NCBI GenBank assembly: GCA_034439575.1
Contig: JAWXAQ010000007.1
Location: forward strand, 1 to 64,000
Origin: Leptospira sp.
Lineage (GTDB): Bacteria > Spirochaetota > Leptospiria > Leptospirales > Leptospiraceae
Direction of reading: 5' to 3'
DNA: 64,000 nucleotides
Part shown: in pieces, positions 9,262-19,080 of the stretch
How positions within the stretch are numbered: the first letter of the stretch is position 1
Layout: every line of letters begins with the position of its first letter
The notes under the pieces: generated by a model
What the model saw: only the letters and a program-made list of their open reading frames with translations
Told to the model about the DNA's origin: nothing
Databases searched by the model: none
Position numbers and translations under genes: made by a program

Positions 9262-10440
9262 ATGAAAAAATACAGACTGACTGACCAAAGAACTGTTTTA
9301 GGCATTATTTCCAAACTCACAAATACTTCGCTCTCAGACCCAAAAACCAAACAAAAGTTCCAAATCAATAATCCGATTTCAGTCAATGATATCATCAAAT
9401 CTGTCCAATTTGTATTGTTATGCGATGAACCTATCCAATCAAAACCAAATTCTCTTATTTGCGTATTAAAAGACAATCGCGTTGAGATCAGAATCAAACA
9501 GGTCAATCCCTACCAAGAAGATCTTTTCCAAGTTATGGAAATATTAATTGAACCTCTAGAGAGATCCGCAAAACGGACAGCTATCGAAGACATCAACGCC
9601 AAACAATTGCAAGTGGCGGCAAAGATAGATATCAGTACGATCATTTCACTTTATGGAAAAACTTCGATCATTAACCAAGCACTCAATCAGTGGCAAGACC
9701 ATTTAGAACAAGTTTTAACTAGCTTTGGTTATTTTATTAAAAGAGTAAATATCGGTTTTTATTATGCGGCAGAAACCCAATTGATGGAAGCCTTAAGTGC
9801 CACATCATCTCCGTATTATTTAAGAGATTCAAATCGTGGTATTTTTTATACAGATCAAAGTTTTTTTTCACCAAAAAAATTAAGTGAGTCTTACATAAGG
9901 TCTTACTTAGATAGTTTGCTTGTAAACAACATCAAATCAGTGTTAATCTTTCCAGTTTTTTCAAATGAAAAAATACTTTTGGGATATTTTGAGATTATGA
10001 GCAATCTCCCAGATTTAGGAAATGCCGCATTACAAAATGATATCGCAGGTCCCCAAGGTATCAATCCCCTTCTTTCCTATTTGGAAAAACAAGCTGAGGA
10101 ATACGTATTTCACTTAGAATTTTCTTATGCCAAGGATTGGGAAATGATCTCAAATCAATGTATGATCAGAGACCTTAGCCAAGACGGAAAAGGAATCGGG
10201 ATTTACATTCCTATTGGAAATTCTATGGACAATAAACCAGTGGGTTCCCCCATCTCTTTTCAGATTGACATCAATGGCCTAACATATACTTTTTTCGGAT
10301 CTTTGCGGAGTGTGAAAAAATCTAGCCCAGAAAATGAAAGTCCCAGTGTAGGCATCCATATCTTTCAGTGTGATAGGCCAGATGGACTTCCATTATTAGA
10401 AACGTATGCATCCACTTTGATAGGGACGGAGGTTGTATGA
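9262..10440 (+). CDS. Hypothetical protein, possible split PilZ/GAF-like (DUF1577-like) protein
   Basis: 392-aa ORF; RSAKR motif, KSVLIFPV GAF-like strand, C-terminal DLSQDG. Confidence 0.6.
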   Translation: MKKYRLTDQRTVLGIISKLTNTSLSDPKTKQKFQINNPISVNDIIKSVQFVLLCDEPIQSKPNSLICVLKDNRVEIRIKQVNPYQEDLFQVMEILIEPLERSAKRTAIEDINAKQLQVAAKIDISTIISLYGKTSIINQALNQWQDHLEQVLTSFGYFIKRVNIGFYYAAETQLMEALSATSSPYYLRDSNRGIFYTDQSFFSPKKLSESYIRSYLDSLLVNNIKSVLIFPVFSNEKILLGYFEIMSNLPDLGNAALQNDIAGPQGINPLLSYLEKQAEEYVFHLEFSYAKDWEMISNQCMIRDLSQDGKGIGIYIPIGNSMDNKPVGSPISFQIDINGLTYTFFGSLRSVKKSSPENESPSVGIHIFQCDRPDGLPLLETYASTLIGTEVV

Positions 10441-10441
10441 A

Positions 10442-10819
10442 ATGAGTCCTGAGCAATATGAAACGATTCTCTCTATCCTAAAACAGATTCAGACTTACCA
10501 AGAAGACCATTCGGCGACAAAGATTTTTTTGTATTTGGTTCCGAATCTTGGGATTGTCTTTGGCACCACACTACTTTTCTTCCTATTTTTGTGGTTACAC
10601 CGCCAAAAAATGGCCCTGATCCAATCTGGGCAGTACAAACCTTGGTCATTCGACCTTAGGGCCTATTCCTTTTTCCTGGGTCTTTTGTTGACATTCACTG
10701 GATTTACCCTATCCTTTGTATTTATACTCGTCATGGGAATTTCTATGGCGATGCTTGGAGGGTTAATCCCATTCGCAGTTGGACTCGGTCTTTTGACCTA
10801 TTACAAATTAAGCAATTAA
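10442..10819 (+). CDS. Membrane protein (three TM segments, DUF6249-like) upstream of ECF sigma
   Basis: Three hydrophobic segments; GGLIP...GLGLL..Y; GGAGG upstream; start could be 10433. Confidence 0.7.
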   Translation: MSPEQYETILSILKQIQTYQEDHSATKIFLYLVPNLGIVFGTTLLFFLFLWLHRQKMALIQSGQYKPWSFDLRAYSFFLGLLLTFTGFTLSFVFILVMGISMAMLGGLIPFAVGLGLLTYYKLSN

Positions 10820-11385
10820 GTTCACAGGCGCGAGTTTGTAACGAAGAAGATTGGGATGTCATACAAGATATCCTGAATGGAAATGTTCATTCCTTCGAAA
10901 AGCTTATGAAACGTTACCAAGGCATGGTCTTTTCCCAAGCGATGAAAGCATTTGCTACTAAGGATGAAGCCGAAGATTTTACCCAAGAAGTATTTTTAAA
11001 GGCTTATGAAGCATTGAGTACATTTCGCGGTGAGGCACAATTCTCCACTTGGTTGTACCAAATTGCTAGGAATGAAATCTCTAAACAATTTAAAAAGAAA
11101 AAACATGATACCGAAACTTTTGAAGAAAAAAATTTAAAAACGCAAGGAACGGATGTTAGTTCTGGCATCTTGGAACAAATCACAAAAGAAGCAGATTGGA
11201 ATCTATTACGTACTTTGATTTCGCGACTCCCCCATTCCTACAGAAAACCTATCATACTGCATTATTTTGAAAATCGATCTTTGAAAGAAATATCCAAAGA
11301 CATGGATATAAAACTGAATACGATCAAGAGCCATATTTCTCGAGGTAAGGAATTAATTCGAAAGTGGTGGCATCATGAAACGTAA
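10807..11385 (+). CDS. ECF RNA polymerase sigma factor; true start uncertain (first ATG at 10906)
   Basis: Region 2 AEDFTQEVFLKAY...F.TWLY.IARN; region 4 HTH TIKSHISRGK; frame open upstream of 10906 encoding DWDVIQDILNGNVHSFEKL. Confidence 0.9.
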   Translation: MKQLSSQARVCNEEDWDVIQDILNGNVHSFEKLMKRYQGMVFSQAMKAFATKDEAEDFTQEVFLKAYEALSTFRGEAQFSTWLYQIARNEISKQFKKKKHDTETFEEKNLKTQGTDVSSGILEQITKEADWNLLRTLISRLPHSYRKPIILHYFENRSLKEISKDMDIKLNTIKSHISRGKELIRKWWHHET

Positions 11386-11725
11386 ATTACATATAAAACC
11401 CGATACTTATTTTATATCTCCGGACCCATTTCATAAAAACCTAGCTGGTTCAGATCGAGTGAATTTTAGGGTCCTATCTCAAATATTGCCTTATAAATAT
11501 TTGGTTTCTGGAATTTTCTTTTCGTTGCCCTTATTTTGTATTCCCTTAGGAACTTTATTTTTCACCTATCGGACGACAGGCGCAAGTCAGTCGATGATGC
11601 CTATACTCATTAGCTCTAGCCTCTTTTTCTGTTTTTATACGAGTTTACTTGGGATTTTACTTTTACACACACGAATTCCTTTTCTAAAAGAATGGAAGGA
11701 GAAACTTGGATTTACTGAGGTTTGA
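11375..11725 (+). CDS. Small membrane protein, candidate anti-sigma factor
   Basis: Overlaps sigma stop; two TM segments; function inferred from position only. Confidence 0.6.
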   Translation: MKRKLHIKPDTYFISPDPFHKNLAGSDRVNFRVLSQILPYKYLVSGIFFSLPLFCIPLGTLFFTYRTTGASQSMMPILISSSLFFCFYTSLLGILLLHTRIPFLKEWKEKLGFTEV

Positions 11726-12126
11726 AATTTCTGAAAATTCTATTTATCCTTTTATTATCTTTAATTCAATTTTCACTTTTTGCCAGTGATGTAACAAAAC
11801 CCATTCCTTCTGCTAAGGAATTTTTATCTATGGATTTGGACAAAGCACTTCCATGGATAGAAAGTCTAGACAAAGAAGAAACCAAGGAACTGATTACCTC
11901 TCTTCGTGCTGAGATAAAATCATCTTATCCAAACATTGACCATTTTTATTTTCTGATTTCCCATTTAGAAGAAATCTCTGCGATTCAAAAAGAACAAGCG
12001 AGATTGAAAAGTTTGCTTTGGGTATTCGGGCTCGCACTTTTATTATTTGTTGGATTTTTAGCTTTTTTATTACAACGCCAAAGGAGTGCGATCCAACACA
12101 TCAACCAATTAAATGAATTGGAATAA
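11722..12126 (+). CDS. Hypothetical protein with signal peptide and C-terminal TM
   Basis: TTG start overlapping the upstream stop; hydrophobic ends. Confidence 0.65.
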   Translation: MKFLKILFILLLSLIQFSLFASDVTKPIPSAKEFLSMDLDKALPWIESLDKEETKELITSLRAEIKSSYPNIDHFYFLISHLEEISAIQKEQARLKSLLWVFGLALLLFVGFLAFLLQRQRSAIQHINQLNELE

Positions 12127-12135
12127 TTAAGTATT

Positions 12136-12179
12136 TGTAATACTATCGTATTCAAAATGTAACCATTCTTTGTTACATT
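12136..12179 (+). promoter_or_regulatory. Candidate operator upstream of the response regulator
   Basis: 11-bp-spaced TGTAA/CGTAT/TGTAA at 12136/12147/12158 and palindrome AATGTAAC-N8-GTTACATT at 12156-12179. Confidence 0.45.
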
Positions 12180-12191
12180 CATAACATATTA

Positions 12192-12869
12192 ATGAAAATT
12201 CTTGTTGTCGATGATGAAGAAGATATAGCCGCTCTCATCCAGTTTCATCTGGAGGAAGAAGGATTTCAAGTAGAAGTATGCCATAACGGTATGGAAGTAC
12301 TTGGAAGATTGGACAAAAACTTACCAGACGGCATGATACTCGATCTAATGTTACCTGGAATCGGTGGGCTTGATCTTTGCAAACGCATAAAGGAAAAATA
12401 CCCACAACTTCCCATTCTTATGGTGACTGCTAAAACGGGAGAAACGGATGTGGTTCTCGGATTAGAATTAGGTGCAGACGATTATATAAAAAAACCCTTT
12501 AATATCAGAGAATTAGTTGCTCGCATAAGAACAGTTACTCGCAGAAATACAGAAGTAAACCCTACAGAAAAATCTGGACCTATCTCTAGTGGAAAAATTC
12601 AAATCAATACAACAGCGCACAAAGTTTATGTTGATGGAAAGGAAATTGATCTAACACTAATTGAATTTAAAATTTTACAATTGTTCTTATCAAATCCTGG
12701 AGTTGCTTTTAGTAGAGATAAACTTTTGGATCGAATTTGGGGTAAGGATGTTTTTGTTACCGATAGAACTGTAGATGTCAATATCAAACGACTAAGAGAT
12801 AAATTATTGGATGAGAAGGAAAGATTGGAAACCATCCGAGGCGTCGGTTATCGTTTCCGAGATGCGTAG
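12192..12869 (+). CDS. OmpR/PhoB-family response regulator (PhoB/PhoP-like)
   Basis: VVDDE, LDLMLPG, KPF receiver motifs; winged helix RTVDV.I.RLR.K...ETIRGVGY. Confidence 0.93.
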   Translation: MKILVVDDEEDIAALIQFHLEEEGFQVEVCHNGMEVLGRLDKNLPDGMILDLMLPGIGGLDLCKRIKEKYPQLPILMVTAKTGETDVVLGLELGADDYIKKPFNIRELVARIRTVTRRNTEVNPTEKSGPISSGKIQINTTAHKVYVDGKEIDLTLIEFKILQLFLSNPGVAFSRDKLLDRIWGKDVFVTDRTVDVNIKRLRDKLLDEKERLETIRGVGYRFRDA

Positions 12870-14226
12870 TTTTTTCTCAACATTATTATTACTCAACTGG
12901 GGCCTACTCCTCATTTTACTCTTGTTAGCCATAGTCATAATGGTTGGCGAAGATTTCCTTTCGCCTAACTTTAAACCTTTATTATTTTTCCTTTACGTTC
13001 TTATTGCAATCTTCGGGACATTTTATGTTTCTTTTATCATCGCAAGGAAAGTTACAGACCCCCTTGCCATGGTAGAGAAAAAAACAAAAGAAATCAATGC
13101 TGGTGATTTTGGTGTGGAACTTTCATCGCCTGAGATTTTGGAACTGGCTCACCTAACATCATCCATTAATGAAATGGCAAAACGCCTTAAAAATCAATTT
13201 TTGGATCTAACAGTAGAAAAAGAAAAATTTAACTCATTGCTGCAAAACTTAAAGGAAGGAGTTTTTGCAATTGATACACAAAATAGATTTTTATTTTTAA
13301 ATAGAAATATTCCTTCAAGTATCATCTCTGAAAATTCCCAATTCAAAGAAGTAAAATCTTCAGTCAAAAATAGAGAGTTTTTGCAATTTATAGAATCAAA
13401 ATTAAAAAAAGGTGTGGAAGGTAGAACGGAATTTCAAGTAGGAAATCACTTCTATAATGCTCGAATCTATCCTATTAAATCCAATGAAGTCACACATTTA
13501 TATATAGGAGTTCTCTTGGATATCACAGAAGATCGTCAAAACCAATTGATTCGAGAACAATTTTTTCAAAATGCATCTCATGAACTCAAAACTCCCATCA
13601 CATCAATCAAAGGTTATGCGGAAACATTGGAATATAAATTGGGTCTTAAAGAAGGCTCAAATGAAAAAAAATTTCTCGATGCCATACTTAGAAATACGGA
13701 CAGACTCGTTCGTATCGTAGAAGATATGTTAACTATTTCAAGTTTAGAAAATCATAAAACTATTTTACAAACTGAATATTTTTTGTTATATGATCACGTC
13801 AAAAATGTAGCAGATTCTGTAGGTGTCATATTATCAAAGAAAGAACAACGATTAATACTCGATATTCCAAGAGATATGAAAGTAAATGCGGATCTTGTAT
13901 TATTGGAACATGTATTTGTAAATTTGATTTCCAATGCCTCTGCCTATTCACCACCAAGTTCTGAAATATTGGTTCGTGCCATTGAAACCGAGAACAAATA
14001 CAAATTGCAAGTGATAGACCAAGGTATAGGAATTTCCCCAGAAGACGCTGAGAGAATATTTGAAAGGTTCTTTAGAGTTGATACCAATCGTTCAAGAAAA
14101 GAAGGGGGGACAGGTCTCGGTCTTTCAATTGTAAAACATATCGCTAGGCTTCATGCTGGTGAAGTGTTCGTGAACCCAAATCCAGGTGGCGGATCGATTT
14201 TCTCTTTTGAATTTCCAAAAAAATAG
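12862..14226 (+). CDS. PhoR-like sensor histidine kinase (TM-HAMP-PAS-HisKA-HATPase)
   Basis: NASHELKTPITSI.GY.ETL H-box; N, G1, F, G2 boxes; ATG at 12862 overlaps the regulator stop. Confidence 0.93.
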   Translation: MRSFFSTLLLLNWGLLLILLLLAIVIMVGEDFLSPNFKPLLFFLYVLIAIFGTFYVSFIIARKVTDPLAMVEKKTKEINAGDFGVELSSPEILELAHLTSSINEMAKRLKNQFLDLTVEKEKFNSLLQNLKEGVFAIDTQNRFLFLNRNIPSSIISENSQFKEVKSSVKNREFLQFIESKLKKGVEGRTEFQVGNHFYNARIYPIKSNEVTHLYIGVLLDITEDRQNQLIREQFFQNASHELKTPITSIKGYAETLEYKLGLKEGSNEKKFLDAILRNTDRLVRIVEDMLTISSLENHKTILQTEYFLLYDHVKNVADSVGVILSKKEQRLILDIPRDMKVNADLVLLEHVFVNLISNASAYSPPSSEILVRAIETENKYKLQVIDQGIGISPEDAERIFERFFRVDTNRSRKEGGTGLGLSIVKHIARLHAGEVFVNPNPGGGSIFSFEFPKK

Positions 14227-14273
14227 ATACTATTTGCATAAAATTTTAGAATACTGACCCTGGTCACGTACTT

Positions 14274-15428
14274 ATGAAATATCCATTGGGCTTTTCCTCC
14301 TTCGGCAGAAATATCGGCATTAAAGATAAATCATTGGATTTTGCTGTCATATTTTCGGATAAGCCTTGCAAGGCGGCGGCTGTTTTCACGAGAAACAATT
14401 TCCCTGGAGCTCCGATCGTAGTGGGTCGTGATCATATAAAAAATGGTCAACTCCAAGCCATAGTCATCAATTCAAAAAATTCCAATGTAGCCACTGGTGA
14501 AAAAGGTATCTCTGATTCCTATCAAATCTGTGAAGAAGTAGCAAAATCTCTTGGCATAAATAAAAATGATGTCCTCCCATCTTCAACAGGAGTCATAGGA
14601 GTTCCTCTTCCAATGGATAAAATTTTATCCGCATGCCAGGCCACCAAACAATACTTAAAAGAAGGAAATTTGGAAGAAGTCGCAGAAGCCATTATGACGA
14701 CTGACACAAAAATTAAAATTTCCACAAGAGAAATAAAATTCGAAACCAAGACTGGAGTTATGTACGGTATGGCCAAAGGGGCAGGCATGATCGAACCTAA
14801 CATGGCTACTATGCTTTCCTATATATTGTGTGACTTCTTACCAGAATCAGGCGATCTCCAAAAAATACTAAAAGAAGTGGTGGATGTTTCTTACAATTGT
14901 ATCACGATAGATTCGGATACATCAACCAGTGATACTGTAGTGCTCATGTGTTCTGGAAAACTTGGGACGATTCCAGATGATTTATTCACTCAAAATTTGA
15001 AAGAAATAGCTATAGATTTATCAAAAAAAATTGCAAGAGATGGTGAAGGGGCAACGAAACTTATCGAGTGCCATATAACGGGCGCTAAAAATAAAGAACA
15101 GGCTATTAAAATTGGTAAATCAATTTTAAATTCCCCACTGGTTAAAACTGCAATTTACGGTGGAGATCCGAACTGGGGTCGTTTTGTGATGGCTGTTGGT
15201 AAAGTATTTGATGAACCAATTCCTTATGATTCCTTATCAATTTCACTAGGTGGCATCGCCGTGAAAGGTGCAGACAATGATACAAAATCACAAATTGCAA
15301 ATTATCTTAAAATGAATGAAAATATAAACATCCATGTGGATTTAGGTTCAGGAAATATAGAAAAAACTTTCTGGAGTTGTGACCTAACAGAAGGTTATAT
15401 TAAAGAAAACGCTTACTATACAACATGA
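14274..15428 (+). CDS. argJ: Ornithine acetyltransferase/N-acetylglutamate synthase ArgJ
   Basis: STGVIG, IMTTDT, KGAGMI.PNMATML, DGEGATK, DPNWGR. Confidence 0.96.
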   Translation: MKYPLGFSSFGRNIGIKDKSLDFAVIFSDKPCKAAAVFTRNNFPGAPIVVGRDHIKNGQLQAIVINSKNSNVATGEKGISDSYQICEEVAKSLGINKNDVLPSSTGVIGVPLPMDKILSACQATKQYLKEGNLEEVAEAIMTTDTKIKISTREIKFETKTGVMYGMAKGAGMIEPNMATMLSYILCDFLPESGDLQKILKEVVDVSYNCITIDSDTSTSDTVVLMCSGKLGTIPDDLFTQNLKEIAIDLSKKIARDGEGATKLIECHITGAKNKEQAIKIGKSILNSPLVKTAIYGGDPNWGRFVMAVGKVFDEPIPYDSLSISLGGIAVKGADNDTKSQIANYLKMNENINIHVDLGSGNIEKTFWSCDLTEGYIKENAYYTT

Positions 15429-16696
15429 AATCCTTTGGTCTTTCTACATTTTGGAAGCGTATATTACCTTCAAACTATCAGTTAAAAGTATCACTCACAA
15501 TCATTTTAACTAGAACCTCCTATATTATTCTAGTATTTGCTACATACTATATCATTTTAAAAAACCTACCATTTAACTTGAGTTATCAATTGGAGATGGC
15601 CTTTGTATTAGTTATGGCACTCTCGATATTAATTTATTTACCTTTAATGGAAAGATTCACTCGTGCCTTACGATTACGATTTTTATCGGAATATTTAACG
15701 GAAGATGCAGAATCCTTTAGGCAAGCCATTAAACAATTTAATTACGATTCACTCATTAAACACGTGTTTCCCGATATGGTGAAAATTACAGAGAGCCACT
15801 CTGGAACCATTGCTCTATTAACTCCGAATGGCAATTTTGATTTTCATACTTATTTTCGCGGAAGGCAAAAAAAACTGAGCCCAACAAAAGAAATCAGTGT
15901 GAAAGCAAATTTTAAAGATTTTTTAAAAAGTAAAAAACATGGAGCGGCTGTCACCGAAGCCATCCATTCACCAGAGATTAACAGTGATTTCATGGAACTC
16001 CATGCAAATTTTATTTATCCATTTTTATTTAGAGAAAAACTATTTGGATTTTTGGCTGTTTCCAATATACCAAATGCAGAAGCAGCGCATACTTTATCAC
16101 TGCTCGCAGGTCAATCAGCACTCACGATTCACAATCATATACTTTCATATCATATTACAGAAAATAAAAAATATCAGAAAGAAGCAGAATATGCTGATCG
16201 TGTACAAGATTTATTAGAAACTGGAACTATCCCCGAATTACCAGGTTGGAAAATTAGAGCATATCCAAGACATCATGGCAACTTAGTGGAATTTTTTCAA
16301 GTCGAGGATGGATCTTGGTTTTTCGTGGTATTAAATGCTGGTCGAACCTATCATCATATCGGCATCATACTGTCTTATATTTTAGGTGTAGTGTATTCCC
16401 AATCACAACTCAGATTACTTAAAGGATTTTCTGATATAAAACAATTAATTAGTGCCACCTTTCAAAAGTTAGACTGGAAAAATAAATATGAAATTATCAT
16501 CGGGAAGATTGACTTTGACGAACTATTCGTGGTTCAGGAAGGCAAACAGTTTAAAATTGTTCGAGAGAATAATGAAGAAGATGTAGTGGCAAGTGTTGGA
16601 TGGAAAAATAGGATCCAATTCGACAAAGGTGCTATACTTGTGTTATATGCTGATCTTCCGATTTTAAGATTTAGTTTAGCAGAGAAAGTGTCATGA
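15425..16696 (+). CDS. Membrane protein with GAF-like region and degenerate SpoIIE-like C-terminus
   Basis: Two TM segments, YPF....LFGFL GAF-like strand, A.RVQ..L helix; lacks PP2C Asp motifs. Confidence 0.6.
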   Translation: MKSFGLSTFWKRILPSNYQLKVSLTIILTRTSYIILVFATYYIILKNLPFNLSYQLEMAFVLVMALSILIYLPLMERFTRALRLRFLSEYLTEDAESFRQAIKQFNYDSLIKHVFPDMVKITESHSGTIALLTPNGNFDFHTYFRGRQKKLSPTKEISVKANFKDFLKSKKHGAAVTEAIHSPEINSDFMELHANFIYPFLFREKLFGFLAVSNIPNAEAAHTLSLLAGQSALTIHNHILSYHITENKKYQKEAEYADRVQDLLETGTIPELPGWKIRAYPRHHGNLVEFFQVEDGSWFFVVLNAGRTYHHIGIILSYILGVVYSQSQLRLLKGFSDIKQLISATFQKLDWKNKYEIIIGKIDFDELFVVQEGKQFKIVRENNEEDVVASVGWKNRIQFDKGAILVLYADLPILRFSLAEKVS

Positions 16697-19062
16697 GAGA
16701 ACTGGCTATCACCATTTTTTCAACATTGGTATTTTGCCTCCTGTTGTTCTTTACCTATATCGGTGTGCAAGAATCAAAAGTTAGATTACCATTTTTTTAT
16801 TATGGGTCTGGTTTGATCATTAATATAGATTCTCAATACCGTGACCTTTGGGGTAAAAAGGTTGTTCGTGAAGATTTAGAAATGTTTTCTTCGGAAACAC
16901 AAAAACTTCCCGGGCAAGAGTTTGTTATTAGAATTTTAGATGCAACTGGCAAAGTAGAATCTAGAATTTTTAAATTAATTTCATTCAATAAATTTGAAGT
17001 TCTAAATCGTTTTTATTTGGATTTTATTTTAGCATTTATCTGTGTTTTATCTGCAGTCTATTTTTATGTTTCCACCCGAGATGGTTTGATTTTTTCTTTT
17101 TTTCTAAACTTATCTATACTATTTTTCTCAAATGTATTTTTACTTAGTTATCAAATTTCTATTTTTCCTTTATTTTTTTCCATTTATTTTAGTGCTTTTT
17201 TAAATTATCACCTAATCTATCGTTTGCGAGGGAAAGAAATTCCTTCTAAATGGCTTCTCCCGCAATTTATGTTAGCTTGTGTTGTTGGTATCGTAGTAAG
17301 TCAAGAAAACACGGACTGGCTTGTCACACAAAGCATCGCAAATATCGGCCATTTTCTAAATATGTTATTTGGATTTATAAACTTAGCATTAAACTTTAAA
17401 GACATTATAGAAAACAAACCAAAGGGAGAATTATTAAATAAGCGAATTTCACTTTTATTTTCTATCGCGATGTATACGAGCATTCCGATGTCACTTATGT
17501 TATTTAATGGTTATCCTTGGTTCCATATCCATCGTATATATTTTTTCTTAGCTTATATATTCTTTTTGATTACTTTCTTTTATGGGACTTATCGTTATAC
17601 ATTTGTTCCTTCTTTTGTTATTTTTACTCCCACAATCATAACGTTACTCTTAGTTACCATTTCTACTATAGCATATATTAGTTTAGTTTTATTCGTTGAT
17701 TATCTTTTACCTCTACCCTATCTCAGGGAGCGATGGTTCTTAAATTTGTTATTACTCTTTGTCTTAACAAGTTATATGATACCTATAAAACTAAAAATCA
17801 AAGAATGGATTGATTATTGGTTTTTTGAAAAGAATCCAATTTTAAGTCATGGTATCGAAAAAATAACAAAATTAATTACAGATCCTATTTCCATGAGAAA
17901 AACGATCGCTTCTATCAATAAAACGGTGATGGAAACTTTAAAAATTTCCAATATCATTATATTGATTCCTGGTGATCAATTTGCTCGGACAGATTTACGT
18001 AATGTCAATTTTATGCGCATCCCTTCTCAATCTGAGATTTGGAATTATTTTGTAAATAATGACCGTGTAACAGTCACTTCACATTTAGAATATGGCATTG
18101 GCCTTCGTGAAACTCTCTATAGTTTTTTAAAAAATTTAAAGGTCCAGTTGGCCTTCCCAGCTTACGGGCATTCATCGAGTAAAAAAATTGTTCGTGCCAT
18201 GATTCTTCTTGGGGAAAAAGTTGATTCAAATTATTTTTCCATAGGTGAATTGAAATTTATCAATGAAGTAGTAAAAATTACAGCTATGTTGATTGAAAAC
18301 TATTCATTGTTAGAAGATGAAATTCAAAAACGAAAAATTGTTCGAGATATTCAAACTGCATCCATAGTTGATAATACTTTAAGAATCATTGCACCAAGTG
18401 AAATCAAAGGTATCGAATTCGGTTATTTAAATAAACCAGCAGTTGGAATTTCTGGCGATTATTTAGATATCATTCCGATTTCTCCGACAAAGATGATCAT
18501 ACTACTTGGAGACGTTGCAGGTCACGGATTGGGGACTGGGTTTTTGGTAAGTGCGATCAAGGGAATTGTTAGAGAACAACTTCGAAATGGTACATCCTTA
18601 GAAGGATTATTTCGTGAGATCAATTCATTCTTTAGAGCAAGATATAAAGGCAGTGAATTTATGACTTTGCTTGGTGGTGTTTTGGATTCTCATGAAAAAA
18701 CTTTTAAATTCATCAATGCAGGTCACCTTGCCTTATTGCAAATGAACCCAGACGGAAATTTAGTGACTCATGCCAAAACACAAAGAGTACTTGGAATATT
18801 AGAAACAGACTATGTTTCTCAAGAATTAAGGCTTAGTTCGGGCACTAGACTATTTTTATTTTCGGATGGAATCACCGAAACTTTTAGCGAAAACGATGAT
18901 CTTTTCGGAGAAGAATTATTAATGGAATTTTTATTACTTCATAATGATTTTACTGTGAAAGAACTCCCAGCCTTGTTAGAAGCAAAACTAAACACATTTC
19001 GCGGATCTAGAGACGTTACTGATGATATTACTTTTATCGCTATTTCTTTTGCATCTGAATAG
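16693..19062 (+). CDS. Membrane-bound PP2C/SpoIIE family phosphatase
   Basis: Many TM segments; SGDYLD, GDVAGHG, NAGH, SDGITE, DDIT. Confidence 0.92.
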   Translation: MRELAITIFSTLVFCLLLFFTYIGVQESKVRLPFFYYGSGLIINIDSQYRDLWGKKVVREDLEMFSSETQKLPGQEFVIRILDATGKVESRIFKLISFNKFEVLNRFYLDFILAFICVLSAVYFYVSTRDGLIFSFFLNLSILFFSNVFLLSYQISIFPLFFSIYFSAFLNYHLIYRLRGKEIPSKWLLPQFMLACVVGIVVSQENTDWLVTQSIANIGHFLNMLFGFINLALNFKDIIENKPKGELLNKRISLLFSIAMYTSIPMSLMLFNGYPWFHIHRIYFFLAYIFFLITFFYGTYRYTFVPSFVIFTPTIITLLLVTISTIAYISLVLFVDYLLPLPYLRERWFLNLLLLFVLTSYMIPIKLKIKEWIDYWFFEKNPILSHGIEKITKLITDPISMRKTIASINKTVMETLKISNIIILIPGDQFARTDLRNVNFMRIPSQSEIWNYFVNNDRVTVTSHLEYGIGLRETLYSFLKNLKVQLAFPAYGHSSSKKIVRAMILLGEKVDSNYFSIGELKFINEVVKITAMLIENYSLLEDEIQKRKIVRDIQTASIVDNTLRIIAPSEIKGIEFGYLNKPAVGISGDYLDIIPISPTKMIILLGDVAGHGLGTGFLVSAIKGIVREQLRNGTSLEGLFREINSFFRARYKGSEFMTLLGGVLDSHEKTFKFINAGHLALLQMNPDGNLVTHAKTQRVLGILETDYVSQELRLSSGTRLFLFSDGITETFSENDDLFGEELLMEFLLLHNDFTVKELPALLEAKLNTFRGSRDVTDDITFIAISFASE

Positions 19063-19080
19063 CCGATACTATTATTAATC

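Noticed and set aside
12811..12861. Histidine kinase start at 12811
   Set aside because: Lies deep inside the regulator gene; ATG 12862 immediately precedes TM1
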